42,847 nt of DNA from the NCBI GenBank assembly GCA_964636965.1, contig CAZWST010000005.1, positions 1-42,847 on the forward strand. The letters run 5' to 3'. The notes beneath the pieces were generated by a model, which was given only the letters and a program-made list of their open reading frames with translations, made no database searches and was not told where the DNA came from. Positions 9,251 to 19,247 of the stretch are shown in pieces. Numbering within the stretch: position 1 is the stretch's first letter; each line of letters begins with the position of its first letter. The stretch is from an uncultured Muribaculaceae bacterium (lineage in GTDB: Bacteria > Bacillota_I > Bacilli_A > RF39 > UBA660). Made by a program: the position numbers and the translations under genes.

Positions 9251-9484
9251 ATGGTTGATAACAATTCTATTGAAGTATTAATTGATGGCATAAAAGAAAA
9301 AGCTAAATTAATTGATGTTATTGTTTATAAACAAGAAAGATATGCTATATATTCTCTTTTAAAAGAAAATGAACTTAATGATATTTATATTTCTAAAATC
9401 ATAAGTACTAAATCAGGAGATAAATTAGTTAATAATATAGAAGATGAAGCAAAGGAATATATATTAAATATTATAAATAACTAA
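9251..9484 (+). CDS. Small DUF1292-like protein
   Basis: RBS GAGGTG; pattern 'A.lI.......rYaiYsl.......iYiSKI', shared with 10227..10634. Confidence 0.55.
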   Translation: MVDNNSIEVLIDGIKEKAKLIDVIVYKQERYAIYSLLKENELNDIYISKIISTKSGDKLVNNIEDEAKEYILNIINN

Positions 9485-9504
9485 AATAGAAAGGAAGTAA
9501 TAAT

Positions 9505-10218
9505 GTGGACCCATTAAAAGAGTTACAACAGGAATACAATCAGGTTCGTTCTAGTAAAACAGGCTTATCTAGACATTTAGAACTATTACTAGCATCAGTA
9601 AAAAAAGAAATAGTTTCTTTTGATGAGTCATCATTAACTGCTAGTAAAACAGAGGAACCAGTTTATTATAAAACTAGTTCAAAAGAAATAATTACTATAC
9701 CAACATTTTTACTTCCAAGTATAATAGAAGAACTAAAAAATAATAAAGATATTTTAAGAAACTCTATAAAGACTTTAACTGATGAAGCTACAAAAGTCTT
9801 TAATGTTCCTATTATAGAAAGAAGTGAAAAAAGAGTAAGTACTAGGGAACACACCAAAAATACTCTTATTAAATCTTCAAGAAAAGCTAAAAAAAGAATA
9901 AATGGATTTGAAGAAAGATTAGCTTTAAACCAAGAAAAAAGAATAAAATTAAATATATGTGATTCTGAAGAAATAACACCTCAAAATATACTTTTAAAAG
10001 GTGTAACAAAAAGTGCCTTAGCTGATATTAAGAAAAAACTAAGGCATCTTGAAGGAACTACTCTAATAAATGTTCCAGGAATAAAGAAAATTGCATCAGC
10101 TAGAATTAGTGATTCACTTAAAGAAGCTGAATATAAAGCTAGAAGAACTAGTATAATAGATGAAATGATAACCAATTTAAAAAGAGAAGACGGAATATTG
10201 GAACAAATAAAAAGGTAG
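9505..10218 (+). CDS. Hypothetical basic helical protein
   Basis: 237-aa ORF with GTG start after AAGGAAG RBS. Confidence 0.7.
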   Translation: MDPLKELQQEYNQVRSSKTGLSRHLELLLASVKKEIVSFDESSLTASKTEEPVYYKTSSKEIITIPTFLLPSIIEELKNNKDILRNSIKTLTDEATKVFNVPIIERSEKRVSTREHTKNTLIKSSRKAKKRINGFEERLALNQEKRIKLNICDSEEITPQNILLKGVTKSALADIKKKLRHLEGTTLINVPGIKKIASARISDSLKEAEYKARRTSIIDEMITNLKREDGILEQIKR

Positions 10219-10226
10219 GTTAGGCT

Positions 10227-10634
10227 ATGAAAGAAAATGACTTAATTGAAGTTGAAATAAATGGTGAATTAAAACGTGCCCAAGTAGTTTCGATTTTGAC
10301 AAAAGATAATGAACATTTTTGCCTTTACAGTGTTAATGAACATGAAGAAAGTAGTCTTTATGTATCAAAAATAATAGAAGAAAATGGAAGTACTAAATTA
10401 ATTGATACAAATGATTCTGAAATACAAAATTATGTATTAAAATTAATATCAAAAAAAGTTAAGTCTATAGAGAATGCTAATAAGAATAAAAGTGAGATAA
10501 AAAAGTATACTCAAAATAGTTTTATAAGTAAAGATATTATTAATGCAAGCATTCTTGAAAATACCAAAGTAACGGAAAAGAATATGGAAGATGCAATAAA
10601 TATAATGCGTGAGTGGAGAGAAGAAAATAAGTAG
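10227..10634 (+). CDS. DUF1292-like N-terminal domain protein, paralog of 9251..9484
   Basis: IEVEINGELKRAQVVSIL...FCLYSV...LYVSKII...KLI aligns with IEVLIDGIKEKAKLIDVI...YAIYSL...IYISKII...KLV. Confidence 0.6.
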   Translation: MKENDLIEVEINGELKRAQVVSILTKDNEHFCLYSVNEHEESSLYVSKIIEENGSTKLIDTNDSEIQNYVLKLISKKVKSIENANKNKSEIKKYTQNSFISKDIINASILENTKVTEKNMEDAINIMREWREENK

Positions 10635-10651
10635 GAAAACCTACTTTTTTT
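10629..10651 (+). terminator. Intrinsic terminator
   Basis: AAGTAGG-AAAA-CCTACTT followed by a T run. Confidence 0.75.
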
Positions 10652-10698
10652 AATTCTTAAAAAATACAATATCACATACAATTTTTATAGGTGATATT

Positions 10699-12606
10699 AT
10701 GTTTCAGGATAATTATGAATCTCGAATTTTAATTATATTTTTAGTAGTAGTTATCTTATTTATACTTGTTATAGCAAAAATATTCTATATTCAAGTAATA
10801 GATTATGACAGACTAAATGATTTAGCTAATGATTTATGGAGTAGAAATTTACCCATCACGGCTGATAGGGGAAAAATAACGGATCGCAATGGAATAGTTT
10901 TAGCTGATAATATTACGACAACTTCACTAGTTGTTGTACCAAACCAAATTGAGAATAAAGAAGTAGTTGCAGCATCCCTTTCAGAAATACTAAAAACTGA
11001 TTATAATAACATGCTTGCCCATTTAAATAAAAAGACCAGTATTGAGCGAATTCATCCAGAAGGAAGACAGTTAAGTTATGAAATAGCAGATAAAATAAAT
11101 TCACTTAATTATGATGGAGTATATTTACTTAAAGAATCAAAAAGGTATTATCCTCATGGCAATATGCTTTCACATGTCTTAGGTTATGTTGGAATTGATA
11201 ATCAAGGATTATCCGGTATTGAAAGCTATTATGATGAATATTTATCTGGAGAAGATGGTATGATTAAGTACTTTTCAGATGGTAAAGGAAAACGAATAGA
11301 TAAATCATCAAGTTACACATCCCCTCAGGAAGGTTTAACAATTAATTTAACAATAGATTTTAATATTCAAACTATAATAGAACGTGAACTTGATAATGCT
11401 GTTGCTAAATATAATCCAGAACAAGCACTTATTGTAGCAGCAAATCCGAAAACTGGTGAAATACTTGGTATGGCAAGCCGTCCAAACTTTGATCCAAATA
11501 ATTATAAATCATATTCCACAGAAGTTATTAATAGAAACTTACCAATATTTAATACCTATGAACCCGGAAGTACATTTAAGGTTATAACATTAAGCAGTGC
11601 TATTGAAGAAAAAAAGATTAATCTTTTTGAAGATCATTATTATGATTCAGGTTCAATTAATGTAAATGGTTCAAGAATTAAATGTTGGAAAGCAGGAGGA
11701 CACGGAGCAGAAACTTATCTTGACGTTGTTAAAAACTCTTGTAATCCCGGGTTTGTTGTTATGGGAGAAAAATTAGGTAAAGAAACCCTTATGAAATATA
11801 TTAAGGATTTTGGATTTGGTGAAAAAACTGGAATTGATCTTTCAGGAGAAGAAAATGGAATTTTATTTAAACCAGAGAATATGGGACCAGTTGAAACAGC
11901 TACCACCGCATTTGGTCAAGGTGTATCTGTAACGCCTATTCAGCAAGTAATGGGAGTTTCAGCTGCTATAAATGGCGGTCATCTTTATACTCCTCATTTA
12001 TTAAAATCAATTTCTAATCCTGAGACATTTGAAATTTTAAAAAGTACAGAACCAGTTGAAAAAAGAAGAATAATAAATGATGATACTTCTAAACTTGTTA
12101 GATTTGCCCTTGAAAGTGTTGTTGCCCAAGGGACTGGAAGAAACGCTTATATAAACGGACATACTGTCGGAGGAAAAACTGGAACTGCTCAAAAGGTAAA
12201 AAATGGTGCATATATGGATGGCAATTACATACTTTCATTCATTGGTTTTACTCCTGCAGATGATCCCGAAATAGTTGTTTATGTTGCAATTGATAATCCA
12301 AAAGGTGTCGTTCAATATGGAGGAACAGTTTCAGCACCAATTGCAAAATCTGTTTTAGAAGGAGCAATAGATGTTTTAGGAATAGAAGAATCAAAAAGTG
12401 AAGTTACTCGTGAGTATGAACTATGGGATATTAAATATTATGAAGTTCCCGATTTAACTGGTTTAACAAAAGAAGACGCCAGAAAACAACTTTATCCAAA
12501 TCTAAGTGTTGAATATTCTGGCAATGGGGACGTAGTTATTGCTCAATCACCAAAAAAAGGGACATTCCTTAAAATGGGTGAAAAAGTTAAATTAATGCTT
12601 AATTAA
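10699..12606 (+). CDS. spoVD: Class B penicillin-binding protein with C-terminal PASTA domain, SpoVD/FtsI-like
   Basis: N-terminal TM; RGKITDRNG, RYYP and GLSGIE dimerisation-domain motifs; EPGSTFK (SxxK), SCN (SxN) and KTGTAQK (KTG); PASTA VPDLTG. Confidence 0.85.
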   Translation: MFQDNYESRILIIFLVVVILFILVIAKIFYIQVIDYDRLNDLANDLWSRNLPITADRGKITDRNGIVLADNITTTSLVVVPNQIENKEVVAASLSEILKTDYNNMLAHLNKKTSIERIHPEGRQLSYEIADKINSLNYDGVYLLKESKRYYPHGNMLSHVLGYVGIDNQGLSGIESYYDEYLSGEDGMIKYFSDGKGKRIDKSSSYTSPQEGLTINLTIDFNIQTIIERELDNAVAKYNPEQALIVAANPKTGEILGMASRPNFDPNNYKSYSTEVINRNLPIFNTYEPGSTFKVITLSSAIEEKKINLFEDHYYDSGSINVNGSRIKCWKAGGHGAETYLDVVKNSCNPGFVVMGEKLGKETLMKYIKDFGFGEKTGIDLSGEENGILFKPENMGPVETATTAFGQGVSVTPIQQVMGVSAAINGGHLYTPHLLKSISNPETFEILKSTEPVEKRRIINDDTSKLVRFALESVVAQGTGRNAYINGHTVGGKTGTAQKVKNGAYMDGNYILSFIGFTPADDPEIVVYVAIDNPKGVVQYGGTVSAPIAKSVLEGAIDVLGIEESKSEVTREYELWDIKYYEVPDLTGLTKEDARKQLYPNLSVEYSGNGDVVIAQSPKKGTFLKMGEKVKLMLN

Positions 12607-12689
12607 TCTTTTGTAAATCATAGTTAAAAGTGTAAAATTTCTTTAAAATATAAGATATTTTTGATATGATTATGATAGTAGGTGATTAT

Positions 12690-14489
12690 ATGGCAGTTAA
12701 TATGGATAGTTTTAGAAGTTCATTTGAAATATTTGATACTAGTTTACGCAATGATTTATATGAACAAATAATTAGTGAAAAGGGTCTTATTTCTTCAACT
12801 ATAACTGAGGCAATATTAGATGAATTTACTATAAAAACATCATTGATTGAAGATTTAATAAATAATTATTTAATGCATCCTCTTGAGTTTTCTCAAAATG
12901 AACTTGCAGATTTAATTTCAGAAAAAGTAAATAATGTAACAAGATTAATTTCTAGATCTTTTGATGATGCAAAAAAGAGAAAAACTGAGTCTGAATTAAC
13001 TGTACTCTTAAACGAAATATCACGAGTATATAATGGTAACAACATCTATAATATAAAAGCTGATTTTATGAAATCTCTTTCAGACTTCTTATATCGCCAT
13101 GGTGTAACTAACTTTTTAGAGCCAGAAGAAGACAAATTTAAAATTAATACTTCATTAGATGCCGTAAATAGATTCTTAGATAGAAAATTTGAAGAAATAG
13201 TTAAAAAAGCAAAAGAAATAATAAGAGAGGCAACTGATACTTATCGTGCATCATTAAAATTTGATAAAAAAGCTGAATTTAGCCCTGAAGATTTAAAGAA
13301 CAGGATGTTCTTAGGTGCAATGAGCAATTATCGTCTTAAAACTATAGAAGGTTCAATCGCCTTTGTTGATGAAACTACAAATGAAGTAATTAAAGCTACT
13401 AAAAAGGACGATAACACATTTGTTTCATTTGATGGAACACTAGAGTTTAGTTATGGAGATAAGTCATGGTCTTTAAAAGAAGGAAATAATGTAGTTACTC
13501 TAGATAATGCTTATGTTTCCCTTGGAACTTTAGATAATCCAAATAGCATGAAAATTGAATTTGGCTTTGATGATGCAACATTTATCTATAATGGAAAGAA
13601 GTCTAATGATCCTGAAACAATAAAATTCATATGTGCAGAATTTAAACGACTAGCACCAGTTTTATACGAAAAGCAACTAGCAAAAAATCCAGCAGTAATT
13701 GAAGCTGAACAAAAGTCCAATATTTCATCAATTAACAATGAAAAATTTATTATAGATGAAAATGGAAGAGCACATATTAACAACAACAATAAAGAAGTAT
13801 TAGATAGTTATCTTGAATCTATTGGTTACAAAGCCGAAGAAAGAGAAGATGGAGTATATCTAACTGATGCAAATGGATTAACAAAAAAAGCTACAATTCA
13901 AGGATCTTCAATAAACTTAGAAAATGGGGAACGTATTGTTGTTGATCTATATAGATTAATTGATAAAGATAAATCACAAGGACCAGAAATCTATTATTAT
14001 AATCCTTCTAAAGAAATATCTGCGTATATTAAAACAGATTTTACTAAAATTAGTGTATTTATTAATGGAGATCTTTATGCAATGCGTATTAACAATGGAA
14101 TTATTGAAGCACGTGCTTCAAGAAATGGTGAAAAGACTTCTGATATAAATTTAGTTACAAATAAGATAAAAGAATATTTTCCAAATGCTATAAGTAAGAT
14201 GGAAAGTTTAGTTGCACCTATTTCTAAAAAAGAAGAACCAGATATAAATAATCAAATAGATAAATATAGTGAATTACTTGCTGAAGTTGAAGCAGATTCA
14301 AATGAAGCTATAAAAACATCAGAAGGACCTGCATTAGAAACTAATCAAGAGATGATTGAAATGATTGATAACAGAATATTTGAATTATCACAAGATCCAA
14401 GAGTACAAGAATATTTAGAATTAGTTAAAAAAGCAGAAGAATTAAGAAATATTGATGTCCAGAAAAACCCTTTAGGACCAATATTATAG
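12690..14489 (+). CDS. Hypothetical protein (~600 aa)
   Basis: Long ORF; the ATG at 12690 follows an AGGTG RBS; no motif recognised. Confidence 0.75.
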   Translation: MAVNMDSFRSSFEIFDTSLRNDLYEQIISEKGLISSTITEAILDEFTIKTSLIEDLINNYLMHPLEFSQNELADLISEKVNNVTRLISRSFDDAKKRKTESELTVLLNEISRVYNGNNIYNIKADFMKSLSDFLYRHGVTNFLEPEEDKFKINTSLDAVNRFLDRKFEEIVKKAKEIIREATDTYRASLKFDKKAEFSPEDLKNRMFLGAMSNYRLKTIEGSIAFVDETTNEVIKATKKDDNTFVSFDGTLEFSYGDKSWSLKEGNNVVTLDNAYVSLGTLDNPNSMKIEFGFDDATFIYNGKKSNDPETIKFICAEFKRLAPVLYEKQLAKNPAVIEAEQKSNISSINNEKFIIDENGRAHINNNNKEVLDSYLESIGYKAEEREDGVYLTDANGLTKKATIQGSSINLENGERIVVDLYRLIDKDKSQGPEIYYYNPSKEISAYIKTDFTKISVFINGDLYAMRINNGIIEARASRNGEKTSDINLVTNKIKEYFPNAISKMESLVAPISKKEEPDINNQIDKYSELLAEVEADSNEAIKTSEGPALETNQEMIEMIDNRIFELSQDPRVQEYLELVKKAEELRNIDVQKNPLGPIL

Positions 14490-14491
14490 TC

Positions 14492-14517
14492 AGAACAACT
14501 TATGTTGTTCTTTTTTT
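14492..14517 (+). terminator. Intrinsic terminator
   Basis: AGAACAAC-TTAT-GTTGTTCT followed by a T run. Confidence 0.8.
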
Positions 14518-14557
14518 ATGTTATAAAATTAAATAATTTACATAAAATAATAATATA

Positions 14558-14584
14558 TTAGCACTTTGTATTGACAAGTGCTAA
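14558..14584 (+). promoter_or_regulatory. CIRCE element (HrcA operator) overlapping the -35 box
   Basis: TTAGCACTT-N9-AAGTGCTAA versus consensus TTAGCACTC-N9-GAGTGCTAA; TTGACA(14571)-17 nt-TATTAT(14594). Confidence 0.9.
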
Positions 14585-14627
14585 TTAACGTAGTATTATT
14601 AAATTATCAAGAAAGGAAGTGACTGAA

Positions 14628-15023
14628 ATGTTACCAAGCAGAATTTTTTTAGATGATTTCTTTGATGATGTAGAAAAGAATAGCAGATTTGAAAAAATGA
14701 TGAAATGTGATGTCTATGAAAAAGATGACCAATATGTTATCGAAATGGACTTACCTGGAGCTAGTAAAGAAGATATAACACTAGATATCGAGAAAGGTTA
14801 TTTAACAATTACCTATACTAAAAACGACTCCGAAAGCGATGAAAGTGATAATAAAAAATATGTTCGTCGTGAAAGACATTCATTCACTAATTGTTCTCGT
14901 CAATTCTATGTAGGTGAAATTGATGAAGAAATGATTAATGCTTCTTTTAAAGATGGTATTTTAACTATTACAATGCCAATCAAAGAAAAAGAAACTACAA
15001 AAAGAACAATAAATATAGACTAG
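14628..15023 (+). CDS. Hsp20/alpha-crystallin small heat-shock protein
   Basis: MKCDVYE...IEMDLPG..KEDI, YVRRER, ASFKDGILTITMP; the ATG at 14628 is well spaced from the AAGGAAG RBS. Confidence 0.93.
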   Translation: MLPSRIFLDDFFDDVEKNSRFEKMMKCDVYEKDDQYVIEMDLPGASKEDITLDIEKGYLTITYTKNDSESDESDNKKYVRRERHSFTNCSRQFYVGEIDEEMINASFKDGILTITMPIKEKETTKRTINID

Positions 15024-15041
15024 TGTATATACACTAGTTTT
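15019..15041 (+). terminator. Palindromic hairpin between hsp20 and clpB
   Basis: ACTAGTGTATATACACTAGT perfect palindrome followed by TTT. Confidence 0.55.
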
Positions 15042-15070
15042 ATTAAGTAATAAAGAAAGGAAGTAGAGTT

Positions 15071-17161
15071 ATGAATCCAAATAATGAAAATGTCTTAGAA
15101 AAATTTGGACGTGATATAACAGCACTTTATAAAGATAATAAAATTGACCCTGTTATTGGTAGGGATGAAGAAATTCGTAATTTAATTAGAATTCTCTCTC
15201 GTAAGACTAAGAATAATCCCGTACTTATTGGTGCCCCTGGTGTTGGTAAAACTGCAATAGTTGAGGGATTAGCTGGTAGAATAGTAAAAGGGGATATACC
15301 TGATACATTAAAGAATAAAATAGTTTGGGAACTAGATCTTTCAGCTCTTGTTGCAGGCGCTAAATATCAAGGGGAATTTGAAGAAAGATTTAAAGCTGTT
15401 TTAGAGGAAGTTGAAAAATCAAATGGAGACATTATCATGTTTATTGATGAAATACATATGATAACGGGTGCTGGTTCAAGCTCTTCAATGAATGTTGGTA
15501 ATATGTTAAAACCAATGTTAGCTCGTGGTATTATACGTTTAATTGGAGCAACTACTCTAAATGAGTATCGTGAATACATTGAAAAAGATGGAGCACTTGA
15601 AAGAAGACTTCAGAAAATAAAAGTATCAGAACCAAATGTAGTTGATACTTTAACTATTCTTCGTGGACTTAAAGAAAGATTTGAAATATTCCATGGAGTA
15701 ACAATAAAAGATTCAGCTTTAGTAGCTGCCGTTAACTTATCTGATAGATATATCACTGATAGATTCTTAACAGATAAAGCTATTGATTTAGTAGATGAAG
15801 CTTGTGCCACAATTAAGATGCAAATGAATTCTGTTCCAACCGAATTAGATGAAATGAATCGAGAATTAATGACTCTTGAAATAGAAAAAGAAGCCTTAAA
15901 ACGTGAAAAAGATCCAAAGTCAGTCTCTCGTGTTAATGAAATAGATGAAAAAATGTCTACTCTTAAAGTTAAAGTTGATGAATATCGTAAAGTTTGGGAA
16001 GAAGAGAAAAAATTAAAAGATTTAATAAATTCTAAGAAAGAAAAACTAGAAAGATTAAGATTTGAACTAGCTCAAGCTGAAGATTCATACGATCTTGAAA
16101 CTGCTGCACGTTTAAAACATGGAGAAATACCAAATTTAGAAATGGAATTATCACAACTTAAATTAAGTATGTCTTCATCTGTTTTATCAGATGTAGTTGA
16201 TGAAGAAGATATTGCGAGCATTGTTAGTAAATGGACGAATGTTCCAGTAACTAAATTAGTCGGAGGAGAAAAAGAAAAACTACTTAATTTAAAAGAAAAT
16301 TTAAGTAAACGTGTAAAAGGACAAGAAGAAGCTATTGAATTAGTATCTAATGCTATTATACGTGCAAGAAGTGGTATTAAAGATCCTCTAAGACCAATCG
16401 GCTCATTTATCTTTATGGGACCAACTGGAGTAGGTAAAACAGAAATAGCTAAAAGTCTAGCTTATGAACTATTTGATGATGAAAGACATATGATAAGGAT
16501 TGACTGTTCAGAATACATGGAAGCATTTAATGTCTCTCGTCTTTTAGGAGCACCTCCAGGATATGTCGGATATGAAACTGGTGGAGAATTAACTGAAGCA
16601 GTTAGAAGGAACCCTTATTCCATTGTTTTATTTGACGAAATAGAAAAAGCTCACCCTGATGTATTTAATATCTTACTTCAGATATTAGATGATGGAAGAA
16701 TTACAGATTCCCAAGGAAGAACAATAGATTTTAAAAATACAATAATAATTATGACTTCAAATTTAGGAAGTGATATTATCTTAAATAATGAAGATAATCG
16801 TGATGAATTGATGATGAGTATTTTAAAGAAAACCTTCCGTCCTGAGCTTATTAATCGTATAGATGAAATTATTTGCTTTAATTCTATTACCAAACCAGTT
16901 GCTTATGAAATATTAGAAAGATTAATTGGAGATTTAAATAAACGATTAAATCAAATATCAATAAACATAACTCTTACTGATAATGCAAAAGTAAAAATTA
17001 TTGAAGAATCATTTGATAAAGAATTTGGTGCACGTCCTGTAAAAAGATATTTAACAAAATATATAGAGAATAAAATATCAAAATATATACTAGAAAACGA
17101 AATAAATGAACAAACTGAATTAACTATAGATGTAGATAATAATGAATTTGTTATAAAATAG
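15071..17161 (+). CDS. clpB: ClpB disaggregase lacking the N-terminal domain
   Basis: Two AAA modules (GAPGVGKT...FIDEIH; GPTGVGKT...LFDEIEKAH), coiled-coil M domain (AARLKHGEIP) and GAPPGYVGY pore loop; the protein starts directly at LEKFGRD. Confidence 0.92.
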   Translation: MNPNNENVLEKFGRDITALYKDNKIDPVIGRDEEIRNLIRILSRKTKNNPVLIGAPGVGKTAIVEGLAGRIVKGDIPDTLKNKIVWELDLSALVAGAKYQGEFEERFKAVLEEVEKSNGDIIMFIDEIHMITGAGSSSSMNVGNMLKPMLARGIIRLIGATTLNEYREYIEKDGALERRLQKIKVSEPNVVDTLTILRGLKERFEIFHGVTIKDSALVAAVNLSDRYITDRFLTDKAIDLVDEACATIKMQMNSVPTELDEMNRELMTLEIEKEALKREKDPKSVSRVNEIDEKMSTLKVKVDEYRKVWEEEKKLKDLINSKKEKLERLRFELAQAEDSYDLETAARLKHGEIPNLEMELSQLKLSMSSSVLSDVVDEEDIASIVSKWTNVPVTKLVGGEKEKLLNLKENLSKRVKGQEEAIELVSNAIIRARSGIKDPLRPIGSFIFMGPTGVGKTEIAKSLAYELFDDERHMIRIDCSEYMEAFNVSRLLGAPPGYVGYETGGELTEAVRRNPYSIVLFDEIEKAHPDVFNILLQILDDGRITDSQGRTIDFKNTIIIMTSNLGSDIILNNEDNRDELMMSILKKTFRPELINRIDEIICFNSITKPVAYEILERLIGDLNKRLNQISINITLTDNAKVKIIEESFDKEFGARPVKRYLTKYIENKISKYILENEINEQTELTIDVDNNEFVIK

Positions 17162-17225
17162 TATATATAAGACTATATTGTTAATAATATAAATGTGGTT
17201 ATAAAAATAATCACAGATTTCTCTT

Positions 17226-17257
17226 AAAAAGGTATACATAAAATGTATGCCTTTTAA
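17226..17257. terminator. Terminator hairpin after clpB
   Basis: AAAAGGTATACAT-AAA-ATGTATGCCTTTT (one G-U pair). Confidence 0.65.
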
Positions 17258-17301
17258 AATGTAATTAATTTTGATAAAATACTTAAGTAAGAGGCGAGAC
17301 T

Positions 17302-17610
17302 ATGAAATATGATGATAGATTTAAATATTTAGTGGGAGGATACTTTGGAATCAAGTCAATGGATGAGTATCAATCTAAATTATATATCTTAAAAGATGTT
17401 GAAAACTATATAAGAGATTATTGTTCTAAAAGTGATGAAGACTTAGACTATAAAAGTATATCAGAAGAAATATTTAAAAGTACATCTTTAAAGGAAAAAT
17501 TACAAGATAGTCTAATTCTTCTAAACGATATAAAAGGCCCAATCGAGCTTGTAATAATGATAAAACAAAAAATAAAAGAAATAAAATATAATGAAGATCA
17601 TCAAAGATGA
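17302..17610 (+). CDS. Hypothetical protein (102 aa)
   Basis: ORF with GAGG RBS. Confidence 0.65.
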   Translation: MKYDDRFKYLVGGYFGIKSMDEYQSKLYILKDVENYIRDYCSKSDEDLDYKSISEEIFKSTSLKEKLQDSLILLNDIKGPIELVIMIKQKIKEIKYNEDHQR

Positions 17611-17695
17611 TCTTTTTTAATTTAAAAAAATCTTCCAAATTTGACAAAATCAACATATTTTGGTAACATATACCGCAATTCAAGGGGGAATTAAA

Positions 17696-18172
17696 ATGAG
17701 ATTAGATAGAATTATGGGGGTTATTCTATCCATCTTAGTTATATCATTCATTGGAGTAAAGTATTTTAACAATGAAGAAGGAAAAGATAATCCATTTGAA
17801 TTAATTGGTGATAATGGGACTATAGCTAATTCAGAAGTAAAGTTTGCTAACCAAACATTTGATTCAAACAAAAAGAATGTTGAAATTATTGAGTATACAA
17901 ATACCTTTAATCATCCAGTAGAAATAAAAAATAATGACATAATAATTACTTGTACTGGATCTAGCGAAACAAAGGCTTTTGACGAAGAATTAGCACGAAA
18001 GAACTATAGCATAAATGCTAGGTTCTCAACAAAAAAAGATAGTGAATTATTTAGTACATTATCAGTTGCTGTAAACCAAACAGTTTATATTCATGTTATA
18101 TCGGAATATACTGGGGAATTACCACAAAATCCTGTAGAATGTCAATATAAACTAAATGTGACATCAAGCTAA
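17696..18172 (+). CDS. Hypothetical membrane-anchored/secreted protein with a small beta-sandwich-like domain
   Basis: ATG at 17696 after a GGGGG RBS; N-terminal hydrophobic helix; two Cys; promoter TTGACA(17641)-17 nt-TAACAT. Confidence 0.7.
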   Translation: MRLDRIMGVILSILVISFIGVKYFNNEEGKDNPFELIGDNGTIANSEVKFANQTFDSNKKNVEIIEYTNTFNHPVEIKNNDIIITCTGSSETKAFDEELARKNYSINARFSTKKDSELFSTLSVAVNQTVYIHVISEYTGELPQNPVECQYKLNVTSS

Positions 18173-18259
18173 TTTGACAAAATAGGCATAATTTGGTATT
18201 ATATGCCACATAAGTTTGGAAGATTACAGGCTTAAAAGAATAAAAAGGGGGCCATATTA

Positions 18260-19234
18260 ATGAGCAGAAGACCATTGAAAAGCGCTCTAAAGTTTGCTCC
18301 ATCAATCGCGATGTTAGCATTAGCTGGTGGGATAATCATTCATTCATTTGGTGGTGAATTAGAGGAAGCTATTAATTGTACTCAAGAAGAAAAAGAACTT
18401 GATGATATTAATACTGAACAAGAATTCGTAATGCCTGTCTTTGATGATATTACTGTTATACCAGAAAAAGAGGAAAGCGAAGAAGAATTACCCGATGAAG
18501 AAGAATATGAGGAGGAAGACCCAATTACTATAGAGAGTCCTCATATAAGTGATGAATTACTAACAAGTGGCTACGAATTTCAAGATATTAATTTTGATGA
18601 ATTAATAGAAAAAAATAGTGACGTAGATGCTTGGATAGAAATTCAAGGTACTAAAATTGATTATCCAGTTATGCATGCACCAGAAAAAGATAATCCAGAA
18701 ACAGGAGATTATTATTACTTACATCATGATATGAATGGAAATGAAACAACATCTGGCGAAATATTCTTATTTAGTGGAAATAGGTCACTAAATAATAATC
18801 AAGAAGATCTTAGTACAATATCATTAATTTATGGACATCATATGCGTTATGGAAGAATGTTTGCTCAAATATTTAATTATACTAATCAATCATTTTATGA
18901 TGAACATCCATTTGGAGTTATATATACACCTGATGGATATGCTTTCAAAGTATCATTCTTTGCAGGAGTTGTCACTGGACCAAAAACTAGTGAATCAATC
19001 GATGTAAGCACAGAAGAATTATTTAATGAATATGTAGCAAACGCAATAAACAATTCCACATTCCAAAGTGATGTAGAAGTAAATTATGGAGATAAGATAG
19101 TTGTTTTAAATACCTGTGAATATACAGCTGGAAACAACTCTAAATATCAATTATATGGTGTTGTTGAAAAACAATATACAAATGAATTACAAATTAGTAA
19201 CAACGATGAAATAGAAATTCATCGTTCAAGATAA
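18260..19234 (+). CDS. srtB: Class B sortase
   Basis: N-terminal TM and acidic linker; NSDVDAWIEIQGTKIDYPV, YYLHHD, IYGHHM...MF and LNTCEY (catalytic His and Cys). Confidence 0.9.
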   Translation: MSRRPLKSALKFAPSIAMLALAGGIIIHSFGGELEEAINCTQEEKELDDINTEQEFVMPVFDDITVIPEKEESEEELPDEEEYEEEDPITIESPHISDELLTSGYEFQDINFDELIEKNSDVDAWIEIQGTKIDYPVMHAPEKDNPETGDYYYLHHDMNGNETTSGEIFLFSGNRSLNNNQEDLSTISLIYGHHMRYGRMFAQIFNYTNQSFYDEHPFGVIYTPDGYAFKVSFFAGVVTGPKTSESIDVSTEELFNEYVANAINNSTFQSDVEVNYGDKIVVLNTCEYTAGNNSKYQLYGVVEKQYTNELQISNNDEIEIHRSR

Positions 19235-19247
19235 TGGAGGGAAAGAA

